This document shows, in pieces, positions 1 to 11,622 of a DNA stretch of 64,000 nucleotides. Both the position numbers and the translations under genes were made by a program. Within the stretch, counting starts at the first letter, position 1. Every line of letters starts with the position of its first letter. Location: assembly GCA_011109175.1 (NCBI GenBank), contig RDEW01000026.1, positions 1-64,000 on the forward strand, written 5' to 3'. The notes under the pieces were generated by a model that had not been told where the DNA came from, did not search any database, and saw nothing but the letters and a program-made list of their open reading frames with translations. This DNA comes from Dicyema japonicum. Lineage: Eukaryota; Animalia; Dicyemida.

Positions 1-827
1 TCAGCGGATACATTGACTTGCTAAAATGTTTTTAAGCAGGAAAAAAATTTATAAAGTAAAATATTACCAGACATTTTTACTTGTTCTTTTGTTTTTGATA
101 ACGTCATTGATTCTTCCCTGTGAAATAAGGAACACGAGCACTTCAAGTTGGTTTGCTAAAGTCACCAGACCCTGGAAATGATCTCTTTTAACGAAAAGAT
201 TTTTACACTCAAGCCTCATGAATCCAAAATTGGTAACCTCATATTTTGAAAAATTGAATGAGGCCGATGCTTTGAAGGATTGAGATTTTTCAATACAGTA
301 TTTGGTTGGTTGTCCATCATAGTGCAATCTTCATACTCGTTCAAAGAACTGCATCATATAACCACCAATTTCGAGGCTGAACAGAGCTGCTCTAGTGGAT
401 TTCTACTGATTAAACCTCTCTCCCTTATTAAACAATTATCAAACGTTTTCTTGGAAGTAGTTATGAGATGACAACCTCTAATATGCTAAATCCTTCATAT
501 TGAAATTGTGTCTAACCAAATCAATAGATCTGTTACACTTTTTGTTAATTTATGTATCCCATCGACGTGCTAGTAACAATATATATTTTTTTATTTCAAT
601 TACTAGTAACTACATTTAGACAGCATATTATTTTATACGAAAATTTCAACACCATCGTTATATCTGATTGTCTTCAAAAAACTATATTGCTACGTTGGTT
701 ATTTTGTATCACCCAAGTTTATACACAAATATACTTTACATCATTCGGATACTTCTGATATCTCCAAAGAGATCAAGACGTCTATTGTCAAGTATCGGAA
801 AGAATACTCTTATTAACCAAAAAAGTA

Positions 828-2212
828 TTAATGAAAAAGTAAATTATCTTGATATTCATATTTTCTATCAGTGTCAAGTCCATTTATAATGTAAAACTGA
901 GAAATAGAAAACATATTGAGAATATCTAAAAGTCCAAGGACCTAAAGTATATAAATAGTGAAACCTGAACGAAAGAAAAAATAGCAACAAAAGAGAAATA
1001 ATAATTAGTATTCATAGACATAAAAGTATTACAAGCATGTCTTATAGCAATTATAATAAAAGGAAATGTAAAACTAATAATATTAAATAGAATAATTTGT
1101 GGATATCCTCTATATAAATGGAATAATGTAGGAATAAGAGCATTGATTGTCAAATATGTAGATAGTGTTGATGCTGGATTAATAAATGCCCAAAAATATA
1201 GAATAATAATAAAAAGAATGGACGGTGATTGTCTATTAAAGTAAATAGTAAGAGTGATTGATATTATGATACAAGTGATTGGAAATATAGAGTACCAAAT
1301 ATTATGGAATAAAGGGATAATCAAATTATGGTAGAACCATAAGAATGAAGGTATGGGGGTTGATGGTTTAATATTAAAACTAAAATAATAATAAAATAAA
1401 CGTATATAATATTGTATGATTGAATGACCCATATGATGTCCATAACAATATTGAATAAATAAAACAAAATGTAATAAAATAGAATCCATATTTCTTTAAT
1501 AAAATATAAATAAACCTTACAAACAGTAATGGCAGGAATGATAAAAATAAGAGCATAAATATTTTCATATACACAAAAAGCCATAAAAATGGATGATAAC
1601 ATAAATTGACCTATAAATATAAAACATGTTACCATTAATTAGAAAATATATAAAACACGAAACAATCAAATTATTAACAACTCCAAAACCTCCCAAACAT
1701 GTTGAAATAATTGCTACTGGATTTAATATGTAACTAATAATATCATTCATTTATCTACAAAAATAAACTAATCAAGCATTTCCAATCAGTGTCACTCTTT
1801 GTTGGGATGTACTGTATAACATAATCATTCTTTTCCTTGTTATTTGACATCAAATTTGACATTCTTTCAACTGATTTATATAAAATTAAACCAACTACAA
1901 TATCAATAATCTAAATTGCATTCAATGATACATACAGCCATTAAATAAGATAAATTATCACGAGACATTATTCTCTCCCCCAAAGCAACAAGTCGGAGTA
2001 TAAATGGAGTCTATATACAACAAATATTACCCCATTATATATTCCTCCGTCATATGGAGAGAATCCGTCTTTGTAAAGAGCAATTGCTTCATTCACTAAT
2101 AATATTTATTAAACTCAACTTGAATATCTGGAATTATATGAATTTGAAAAGTCATTGTCATTATATATTACATTTGATGAAATTACATATAGTCTTAATA
2201 TCAATCCAATTA
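828..2212 (-). CDS. PIGU: GPI-transamidase subunit PIG-U, multi-exon; 5' end runs into the N gap
   Basis: Spliced minus-strand reading gives ..NEAIALYKDGFSPYDGGIYNG|TPFILRL.., LNPVAIISTCLGGFGVVNNL, KPSTPIPSFLWFY and HLYR..NTNYYFSFVAIFSFVQ|VLGLL, collinear with PIG-U motifs. GT-AG introns at 2096-2119 (24 nt), 2011-2030 (20 nt) and 942-964 (23 nt); stop TAA at 828-830. Internal exon boundaries not all resolved. Confidence 0.85.
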
Positions 2213-2921
2213 NNNNNNNNNNNNNNNNNNNNNNNNNNNNNNNNNNNNNNNNNNNNNNNNNNNNNNNNNNNNNNNNNNNNNNNNNNNNNNNNNNNNNNNN
2301 NNNNNNNNNNNNNNNNNNNNNNNNNNNNNNNNNNNNNNNNNNNNNNNNNNNNNNNNNNNNNNNNNNNNNNNNNNNNNNNNNNNNNNNNNNNNNNNNNNNN
2401 NNNNNNNNNNNNNNNNNNNNNNNNNNNNNNNNNNNNNNNNNNNNNNNNNNNNNNNNNNNNNNNNNNNNNNNNNNNNNNNNNNNNNNNNNNNNNNNNNNNN
2501 NNNNNNNNNNNNNNNNNNNNNNNNNNNNNNNNNNNNNNNNNNNNNNNNNNNNNNNNNNNNNNNNNNNNNNNNNNNNNNNNNNNNNNNNNNNNNNNNNNNN
2601 NNNNNNNNNNNNNNNNNNNNNNNNNNNNNNNNNNNNNNNNNNNNNNNNNNNNNNNNNNNNNNNNNNNNNNNNNNNNNNNNNNNNNNNNNNNNNNNNNNNN
2701 NNNNNNNNNNNNNNNNNNNNNNNNNNNNNNNNNNNNNNNNNNNNNNNNNNNNNNNNNNNNNNNNNNNNNNNNNNNNNNNNNNNNNNNNNNNNNNNNNNNN
2801 NNNNNNNNNNNNNNNNNNNNNNNNNNNNNNNNNNNNNNNNNNNNNNNNNNNNNNNNNNNNNNNNNNNNNNNNNNNNNNNNNNNNNNNNNNNNNNNNNNNN
2901 NNNNNNNNNNNNNNNNNNNNN
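2213..2921. other. Assembly gap (709 N)
   Basis: Run of N. The ORFs 2054..3067, 2155..2949 and 2161..2940 are artefacts of reading through it. Confidence 0.99.
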
Positions 2922-3270
2922 TATGCCCCCCAGACAACATCAGCGGTAGATCTGCTGTCCAGAATCCACTGTGGCTCGAGGACAGTAATTCATCACAGGC
3001 ACTAGCACACGATCCAGCACCAAAAAGAGCAAGGACTTTTCTTAGCGTATTAAGTAAAGATGACTGAGCGCAGGTTTTTCACAGGGCCCGCCCTCTTATT
3101 CGTTTTTGAATCGCACCAGAATTCTTTGCCCAACGGAAGAAAGTCGATAGTTGCAAAACATTTCGTTTAACACTTTGGCCCGATTTCCACCAGGGTTTTG
3201 GGACCGTATTCAATAACTCAGCACTTATGCCGTCCGTCCTGACGAGCGATTGCATTTCAGTCTCTCTAAT
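2922..3270 (-). mobile_element. RTE-group LINE fragment (RT N-terminal part)
   Basis: Degenerate minus-strand reading (..DGISAELLNT..AGPVKNLRSV..LRKVL) homologous to the element at 3737-6780. Confidence 0.7.
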
Positions 3271-3539
3271 TTTTTAAGAGTATGTATTTGTTATCTTACA
3301 TAGAATAACAATAATCTTTCACGTGTTTAATATTTTATTTTTATTAAAATAATTAATTAAAATTGAAAAAACAGCATTTATGGCAACTTTTTTAAGAAAT
3401 CCAAATCTATTTAAAAAATTAAATAATTAAGCCTTTGCAGATTGGATTACGTATAGGCTTAACATAATCTTTAAGCATATTGTTCATTTATTACCTAGTA
3501 AGCAGATTAACATTCTTATACAGTAAACTTTCTCAAATA

Positions 3540-6500
3540 CAGTCCGACCCCGAATTGGGGCAGACCAAGGGGTGGGGCACCTCGTATTTTGGGGCATTTT
3601 TTTGGCCAACATTTCGGCAGAGTAAAATGGAAATTTTGGGGCACTATAAAATTGTAGGGAATGAAATTATAAGTAAATAAAATTATATGTTTATTAATAA
3701 ATTATAATTTTAATTTACACGTTTATTTACTTTTCGTTATTATTATTTAAGCACTTCACAAGAGCCATACTAATTATAGCCCCGCATGTGCAGCAAAAGA
3801 AACAAGGTTAGATGTCATCCTTTTCCATGCTCCCCTGTTCCTAGCCAAGGCTCTCATGCTGTCCAGGTCGTCGGCATTTGTTAGGTTTTTTTTTATACTG
3901 ACCAGGTCTTTTTGTAAGACTATTGGCAGTGTTGTTCTTGGTCTTCCCGATAGCGGCCTTCTTGACTAACATAGTATGTTTCCATAGATATGTTCGGTGG
4001 GGAAGTTAATTCCATCCTCAGCACGTGTCCGAAGAGCCTCCATCGGGATTCCAGTACTTCTAAGCTGATAGGTCTAGTGCTGCATCTCTTATATAAAGCA
4101 TTCCTAGATATTCTCGTAGGCCAAGTAGTTCCTGTTATTTTTCTCAGCTGACCTCTGTGGAACGAGTCTAGTTTTTTCATATCCGCTGATGAGGTCGCCC
4201 AAGTTCCAGCGTTATATAAAAGTACGGGTTTTATGAATGAGTCGTATAGTAGGATTCTCATTTTCGTGTCGATGCCTTTTTGATTGAGCCATAAATTCTT
4301 CAGTTTATATAACGCAGCATTGGCTAGAGTTTTCCTACGTAAAATATCTTCGCTATCTCCCATAAGTGAACCGAGTTTCTTTACTTGTCGCCACTTCTCT
4401 TCTAGGACGTTACTCATCCTTCTTATCTCTGTGAGTTCTGTTTTTCTCTGTTCACAGTAAGAAACCATTTCCCTAGTACATCTGGTGCTTTTTCTAATAG
4501 GTTTTCCAGGACCTCTTTGTCTTCAGAAATTAGGTCTACATCGTCCGCGTAGATTACTTCTTCCGTCTTTCCTTGGTATGACGGTCTAAGTTCCCTCATA
4601 GCGGCTTCCAAATAAATTGTGAATAGTAGAGGAGAAAGAGAGTCTCCTTGTGGAGTGCCCGTATTTGTTTCAAATTTTCTTGAATAGGTTTTTCCGACTC
4701 TCACAAGGAGCTCAGTGTTAGAAAGTAGAATTCGGATCATCCTTAGACTCGATTCATCAAGAAATCCGCCCAGTACCCCCATTAATTTGTTCCTGTTAAC
4801 CGTATCAAAAGCTCTTGATAGGTCAATTCCCAAAATATTGGTGGCGTTACGGTATCTTTGATATGTTGCACACCTCCATCTGTGACTCCAGACCGCATCA
4901 GCTGTGGATCTCCCTTCTCGAAAACCACTTTGACTATCTGGTAGGTATTTGTAAGCAGGTCCTTTTATTCGTTCAAGCACAATGTTTGCCAAGACTTTGC
5001 GTAATGAATTTAGTAGTATGATGGGTCGCAAATTTTCGAGCGGTCCTCTGTTTTTGTTAGTTTTTTGTATGGGGATTAGTAGTCCCGTACCCAGAGGTAG
5101 AGTTGAGTTAGTTGAAAACATTTCATTTAGTAGTGTAGCGATTTTTTCAAAAAGGAGGTCAGGGCCGTATTTCAGTAGTTCTGGGTTTATCGCATCTGGT
5201 CCGGGGCTTCTGTTATTCTTGAGTTTTCGGCAGGCCGTTTTGATTTCCTCGGCCGTGATTGGTATCTTAAGGGGTCTTGGCCTTCCATCAAATGGGTGGA
5301 TTTCTATGGTTTTGATGTTGAAAAGCTTCTCAAAGTGAGCCGCGATGGCTTCAGTTTGTTCTTTGGTGTTCAGTATCAGCTTACCGTTCTCGTCTTTTAT
5401 GGTTAGTCGACTTCGGTTTGTTCGCCGCAGCAAACGGGCAGCGACGTACACCTGTGCGTTGTCTTTCACTTTGTTTACTTCTTCTATACAGGAGGCTATT
5501 TCTTCTATGAAAAGCTTCTTGTTCAGACCCTTTATTTTTCTTCTGACACGTTGTCTTTCGCCTTGAAGGGCTTTTATCGCATTAGTGTCAGTGGCATTTG
5601 ATTTTCTCATATTTATTTCTTTTAGACTTTTCGCAAGCTCAGGAACATCTGGATGAATAGCCTTCAGGTGCATTTTACTATTCTCCCTTTTGCCAAGACA
5701 TGCTTCAGCAGCTTCGTTGATGGTGTCCTTTGTGCGTTTCCAGGCGTCTTCTAGCGTGGTATCCACCAATACGTCCTGCAAATTAGTCTGAATGTATTGT
5801 TGATATCTCTCAGTAGTCTCCGGTTGAGAAATCAGCCTTTCAGTCGCGTAGTCGCCTCTGATTTTTCAAATTCGTGATTTTTTGCATTCCTGTATTTATG
5901 GCATGTTTTTTCAGGGTGAAGGTCGCAATAACCATCTTGTGGTCGCTGACAGTCGTCGAACCTTCATATGAACGTGCGTTTACTAGAAGGTGTTTGTCTT
6001 TAGCCCGGCATATGACATAATCGATTTGGTTGTATATTGGGACCAGCTTTCCTTCTGAGTTCCTTCGCTTCCCCATCCACGTAGTTTTGTGGCAGGCAGG
6101 ATGCGTAAATGCAGTATTGCATAGGAAAAGGTTGTTTGCCATACAAAAGTGACCAAGTATTGTCCCGGGTAAATTTCTTATTCCACGTCCATGTTCTCCC
6201 AAGAAAACATCATCCGGGTTATTCTTCATCCCGACTTTTGCATTCAAATCACCAGCAATGAGTATTAGTGATGACGACTCATATTCGTTGTACGTCCGTA
6301 ACAGTGTTGAATAGAAGTCGTCTAGTTCTGTCGGATCTTTCGCTACTCTCCCGCAGTGTGGCGCATAAACATTTACAATTGTCAGAAAGCTCTTCGAAGG
6401 AGGTAAGTCGTTTAGCCGGATTTGTATAACACAGATCCTGTCATTCACACTCCATATACGGTGGACTGCACTTGTCAACTTTGAGTGGATGGCAAATCCA

Positions 6501-8187
6501 AGTCCATAATGTTTTGAGTCGCTCGGCTGACATATAATTCGATATTCGCCAAAGTTTTCATCAAGGCTACAAGTAACTTTCGTCTCTTGTAGACACCCAA
6601 TAGAACGTCGTATCTCTCCAGGTCATCACAGAGAATCTTCCTCGACCAGGTCGTAGATAAGCCTCTAGCATTGAACGTAAGGACTTTTAGACGAGATGCA
6701 TCCCTTTGTATCCATTGCCTTTTAGACATTTTCTCAATTGCGATCCAATCAAGAAACGAGGCACGTCACCACCTCACCAAAAAAAATTTTCGTTGTGAAT
6801 GGTTATTAACTACGAAACAAAATTAACGATGCTAAATTGATATTGAATAATAAATAATAGATAAATAATAATTATTAATAAATAAATAATAAATAAATTG
6901 ATATTGAAGAAAAAATTATCTGAAAGACAGATAATAAAAATACAAAACTAGTAAAGGCATGATTTCGCGAATAAAAAAACAATTGTACCTTTTCTTGAAC
7001 AAGGATGAGGATCTTATGCCTTATTGTGAAAAATCTAAATTTGATGATCAATATAAGGTCCTTTCATAAAGAAAATTGCCTTTATATACGGCTTCAAAAA
7101 TTGGTCTCTGGTGTTAATATTATTAAATTAGTTTATTGTCAGGTGACTTACATCAATGAGTTTTTTAAAATTCTTGACGAGAAAATTATTCAATATGGAA
7201 GACAAAATGTTTTTATATGTGATGAAACTGCTCTTTATATAAAAAGGACTCCACGAAAGTCTTTTGTTGGAATAAATGACGATACTTTTGGCTTTAAACA
7301 GGGAAAAAGAAAGAGTCACTGTACTTCTTTGTTGCAATTCCATTGTTGGAAAATTTAAAAACCCTCGATGTCTCAAAAATTTCAATGTGAAAGATTTTGG
7401 AATTTCATATTCATCCTCTAAAAATGCATGGATGACTGGAAATATTTTTATTAGCTGGTTGACTCGGATAAATGAAAGATTTTATACAATCAACAGAAAA
7501 GTATTAATATTGCTTGATAATGCGGGATGTCATAAAACTATTGAATGCCCAAATATTGAGTTTTTATTTTTGCCAAAAAATACAACACCGTATTTGCAAC
7601 GATTGGATATGGGAATTATCAAGACATTTAAAGATTATTACTCAAATTATCTGATTCAGTATTTGTGTTATGAGGATGATGATGAATTCAAACGGTTGAT
7701 AAACAAAATTAACCTTCGTCATGTAATTTTGCTAATTTCTAAAAGCTGGGAAAAACTTGATCCAAGTTTAATATTTAATTGTTGGAATCAAATTGAAAAG
7801 ATTCGTGATTCCGTAAAAATTGAAGATACCATTACAGAAGAAATGATCAACAATGCCGTAAACGAAACATTGAATGGGAAAAGTGACGAATTCGTTGATA
7901 ATATTTACAACGAAGGTTTAGAAAACGATAACATGGAAACAATTCTAAGAGAAACGCAAGATTCTCTTGATCAGTTAGAGAAGAAAATTTTTTACATATC
8001 TCCTGAAATGCTCAAAGAATTTTTACGATTTTCGACTTAATTTTAATGAAAAATGTAAGAAGTAAAAAGATAACTGGGGATAAATTAACTGATTATTTTT
8101 CTAAAATTGATTTTTGATATTTAAAATCTCTGTTTTATTAAACCCCTGTTTTTGGGGCACTTGGTACCCCAATTCGGGGTCGGACTG
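3540..8187 (+). mobile_element. pogo/Tigger-type (DDE_1) DNA transposon, complete ends, interrupted by an RTE LINE
   Basis: 21-bp TIR CAGTCCGACCCCGAATTGGGG at 3540-3560 and inverted at 8167-8187, each flanked by TA. Frameshifted transposase ORFs 7005-7358 and 7276-8040 with CDETALY, KERVTVLLCCN, NAWMT, LLDNAGCH and LQRLDMGIIKTFK motifs. Confidence 0.92.
3737..6780 (-). mobile_element. Near full-length RTE-group non-LTR retrotransposon (single APE+RT ORF, about 3 frame breaks)
   Basis: ORFs 6475-6729 and 5840-6478 (APE: TFNARGL, NVYAP, GDLNAKVG, IDY, SDH), 4423-5781 (RT: SPGPD, QSGFR, GTPQGDSLSPLLF, YADD) and 3920-4468. (TAA)n tail at 3737-3746; possible 8-bp TSD TTTTCGTT at 3731 and about 6788. 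Confidence 0.9.
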
Positions 8188-10606
8188 TATGCCACTCTTA
8201 AATTTGCCATTTTCTATTTATTTAACCCAATAACACCAATAGTTAATTTAATTGTATTTAACTAATTAGGTGATCCCGGCCGCCTCCATCAGGTCTCTCA
8301 TCTTTTTCCGGTGGACCTTCCGAGATCCAACACAGCTTCTCTGAGGACGGGAGGGTTTTGAAAGAAATACAAAGGGGTGATGTAAAGTCTTCTAGTAAGA
8401 CCCAATCCATTAGAGCATTGTAGGAAGTTGGATCTTCGGCACAGATCGGCGAATCCCTTGCCATTTTGTCCGATAAGGTCTTCCAGAGAGGTGGGTGTGA
8501 GACTGACTGTTCTCACGAGCTTGCCGATAGTTGTAGCTGATAGGGACTGAATATCACTGATTTTCTGTTTGTTCGTCCAGGATAGGTTGATTCCCCAAGA
8601 CGCACAGGCGTAGCTGATAGATGGCTCAATGAATTGTTTATGTAGTAGTTTCAATGCTGGGAAAGGGGTTCTGATGCCACCAAAAATAGATTTGATCAAA
8701 CCAAGCTTTCTTGAGCAGGTTCCGGAGATATATTCGACATGAGGGGAGAAGGTCATGTGCGTGTCAAAGGCGACTCCTAAGATTTTCAATTTCTTCGTAA
8801 AAGGTATTTTAGTTTGGTTGATAAATAAATCAACGGTCATTCTTCCAAGACGTTTGTCTGAGGTAAATAGGGATGTGGAGGACTTCTCAGGAGATATATC
8901 AAGTCTGTTGGAGATTAACCAATTTTGAATCACGTGTAGTTGTTTTTGAACTCTTTCTGAGGCTTTTAGGAGATCCTGGTCACGGGATCCAATTAGAATG
9001 TCATCAGCATAGGAGAGGAGAAGATCGTCTTTATCAACTGATCGTGGCAAATCGGACATAAAAAGGTTGAATAAGGCGGGGGACAAAGGAGAGCCTTGCG
9101 GAACACCATTGGGAAGTAGTCTCGAAAGTGATTTGGTCCCATCCATACAAACCCGGGCCCTTCTCCCGCTGAGGAAATTCGAAAGTCAGAGTTTTAGATT
9201 GGGGTTAATGGAGAGTCCAAATAATTTCCTGGTTAAGATTTTCCTGGAGACAGAGTCAAAGGCTTTACGCAGATCCACAGAGCAGACGATGGTTTTGAGG
9301 TGACGAGGACTTGAGTTGAAGCCATCAAGGATAAATTGATTGAGAGAAGTTAGGTGGGTGGACGTTGAATAGAACTTTCTGAAGCCACGTTGAGAGGACC
9401 TGAAGGGACGGGGAAATGAGATCAAGTACCAGTTTTTCCAATAATTTTGAAAATTAACAAAATCGGTATGAGGCGGGATTGTTTTAGTCCTTGCCAGGTT
9501 TTGGTATTGGGCGTATGTGGGAGAGTTTCCATGGAATTCATGTTCAAAGAATAGTTGAAAATAAGGGAGATTACCCCAATAGTAACCGGTCCAAGGTGTT
9601 TAAGAAGTATTGAAGGGATGCCATCTGGACCACAAAAGCGGGAGGAGTTAATCATCTTCAAGCCTTCGAATACGTTTGAATGAGAAATAAAGGTGATCGG
9701 CGGGATTCTTTTAGGTCTCATCGAGAACAAAGAGGGTCCATCCATTTTCTTGAAGGTTTTGTGACTTATATCGGTATAATACTTCATTAGTTTATTTAAG
9801 CTGTGTTGGTCTGTATTTTGTTTCGAGGTGGAGTTTTCTTTAGGGCCAAGTCTTTTTATTGCCTTCCAGACCATCTGGACAGATTTATGAAATGGGAGAG
9901 AGCAGATTCGCTTTACCCACTTGTTTGCTTCAGCCCTTATGATCCTTCTTGAAATTTCATCATTGAGAGACTTTGTCTGGGATTTCTGTCCCGGGAGGGG
10001 AGGTACGTGTCTTTTCAAGTGGTTTCTTTCTCTCGGGGATGTAGATGAATCACCTTCCTTGAATGGAGTTCTCGTGTGCATAGTGGGGCTGTTGAGGATT
10101 GTCATGGAGGAGAGTTGGTTTATTAAGGATAGTCCTCTTGAGTCAGTTGTTTGTGATTTCAACCAGGCAGGGTGCTTTGCATTAAAATATCAACAAAGTA
10201 TTAGGTTTTCTAGGTTGTTTAGTCTGGATAAGTCCAACAAGAATCCTTTCGGGCAAGAGGACGGAGGAGGGACATATATGTTAGCAATTTTGAGAGTACT
10301 CGATCCGTTTGATATTGAAATTCCGGAGATTTCCGTAGTCCCATCGTTAGTTAGCGACTTAAGTTCAGGGGATATGTCAGAATAACAAAGGTTCTTTCTG
10401 ATGATGGTAAGAAGGCCTCCACCGAGGAGGTTCGGGCGATCTAGGCGGATGCAGTCGAAACCTGGAAAATTAGAGTAGTCGCGGACTGAGTCAACTTGCT
10501 TTCTTGAAGCAGGATCACGTCAATGTTTTGGTTGTTTGTAGGAGGATCGTAATTCGAAAATTTTGCTCTTTATTCCGTTGATGTTAATCTGCAGAATTGA
10601 AAGTTG

Positions 10607-10660
10607 GGGACCTGGGTTGAGCTCGATGTCGCCAGAGAGTAGTAGAAAGATCCCATTGAG
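10607..10660 (-). other. 2A-like StopGo peptide (..FLLLSGDIELNPG/P) upstream of APE
   Basis: Exact D(V/I)ExNPGP consensus in ORF 10520..10723, preceded by a hydrophobic helix. Confidence 0.85.
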
Positions 10661-10724
10661 AGTTGATTGGAGAAGAATTAAAGGAAGCCGTCCGAAGGAA
10701 GCAACTTCGGATGGGGTGAGCAAA

Positions 10725-10800
10725 TGGTCCTTTTCCTAGGTGCATTAGGTGCACCCTGAGCGCCTCCAGAAACGTTATGACTGGTAGACCACATGACGTC
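10725..10800 (-). ncRNA. Candidate structured RNA leader with HDV-like helix order (copy 1 of 6)
   Basis: Manual fold with covariation against copies at 25290-25352, 48704-48766, 50724-50790, 61267-61321 and 63889-63953; function untested. Confidence 0.5.
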
Positions 10801-10929
10801 ACGTTTAAGTAATCTATCGAATTTTTTCTTTTTTTCAATGATATTTGCCAATTCTGATATTTGCCAAAATTTTAAAAAATTATTTTTTTTTTAATATTTT
10901 TAAAAATTTAAATTATTTAAAGCAAGCAT

Positions 10930-11260
10930 TCTGGTTGAGGTAGTGACGACACTATGTCTTAATCGTATTCCTTACGGACTTTTCCGTTCACTCATAGATT
11001 TTTCAATTGCAGAGGACTTATACAACCTTACAAGAAACATCAACTGGCATGCGATCTAACCAAATATGTCTCCAAGAGACAAAAACGACCGTACAATGTA
11101 CAGAACTGTTCGGAAAATTCCATCTTTTTATACTTTCGACGATCTGCAAACATTATGGCCTCGGATTTGCAATCCATCAGGACCTGATTCCATACGTTAC
11201 AAGAGTGTGGACATTTTCTGATATTGTAATGGAAATGGCGGACGACCGCACTACCTAAGA
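10930..11260 (+). mobile_element. RTE-group LINE 5' fragment (APE start)
   Basis: ICLQETK..CKHYGLGFAIH homologous to 6475-6729; shares the 5' motif GGTTGAGGTAGTGACG. Confidence 0.7.
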
Positions 11261-11274
11261 GAACTAGCATATTC

Positions 11275-11515
11275 AGGAGAATTTGTTCATTTCGATGTGA
11301 CTTACTTTTGCGTAGTGGTCCATTATGACATCTGCCTGATGAGTGAAATCACGTGGTTTTTGACCGTTTTGGATTAATCTTATAGATCGCATGAGTATAC
11401 GATGTTAGAGATTTTGATAGCACTCATGTTAGAAGTCACCGAGAGTTGTGCAAATAAATTCTCTGAGTATTTAAAAACTTTTCCATCGATCTAAGATTGA
11501 AATCAGATATTGAGG
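11275..11515 (-). mobile_element. Vingi-like LINE internal fragment, duplicated at about 22070-22380
   Basis: Near-identical to 22070-22380, whose ORF 21936..22214 (..AKGLDGIYIPHLKHLG) matches the pre-RT region of 8200-10800. Confidence 0.6.
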
Positions 11516-11622
11516 ATATACCAAATGAGGACTTCCGTGGATTTTAGTATTTTTTGTTAGTTTCAATGAAGTACTTCAATACATTTTTATTGTTTATACG
11601 AGTTTACAAGGTTTGTTTATTC

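Larger units (their letters stand above)
8200..10800 (-). mobile_element. Ingi/Vingi-like LINE (5' structured leader, 2A peptide, APE, RT, no RNase H seen), frameshifted
   Basis: LLLSGDIELNPGP followed by ILQININGI (APE start); GPDGIPSILLKHLG, VDLRKAFD, GVPQGSPLSPALFN, YADD. About 2.6 kb with no RNase H. The Vingi clade assignment is inferred from domain content. Confidence 0.8.

Noticed and set aside
1-800. Possible minus-strand coding remnant downstream of PIG-U
   Set aside because: No recognisable motif and no consistent spliced frame could be built.
926-1750. Hydrophobic AT-rich ORFs resembling a mitochondrial NUMT (nad/cox)
   Set aside because: They splice into nuclear PIG-U via GT-AG introns; no mitochondrial motifs hold up.
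2054-3067. Long ORFs in the ORF track
   Set aside because: Artefacts of translating the N gap.
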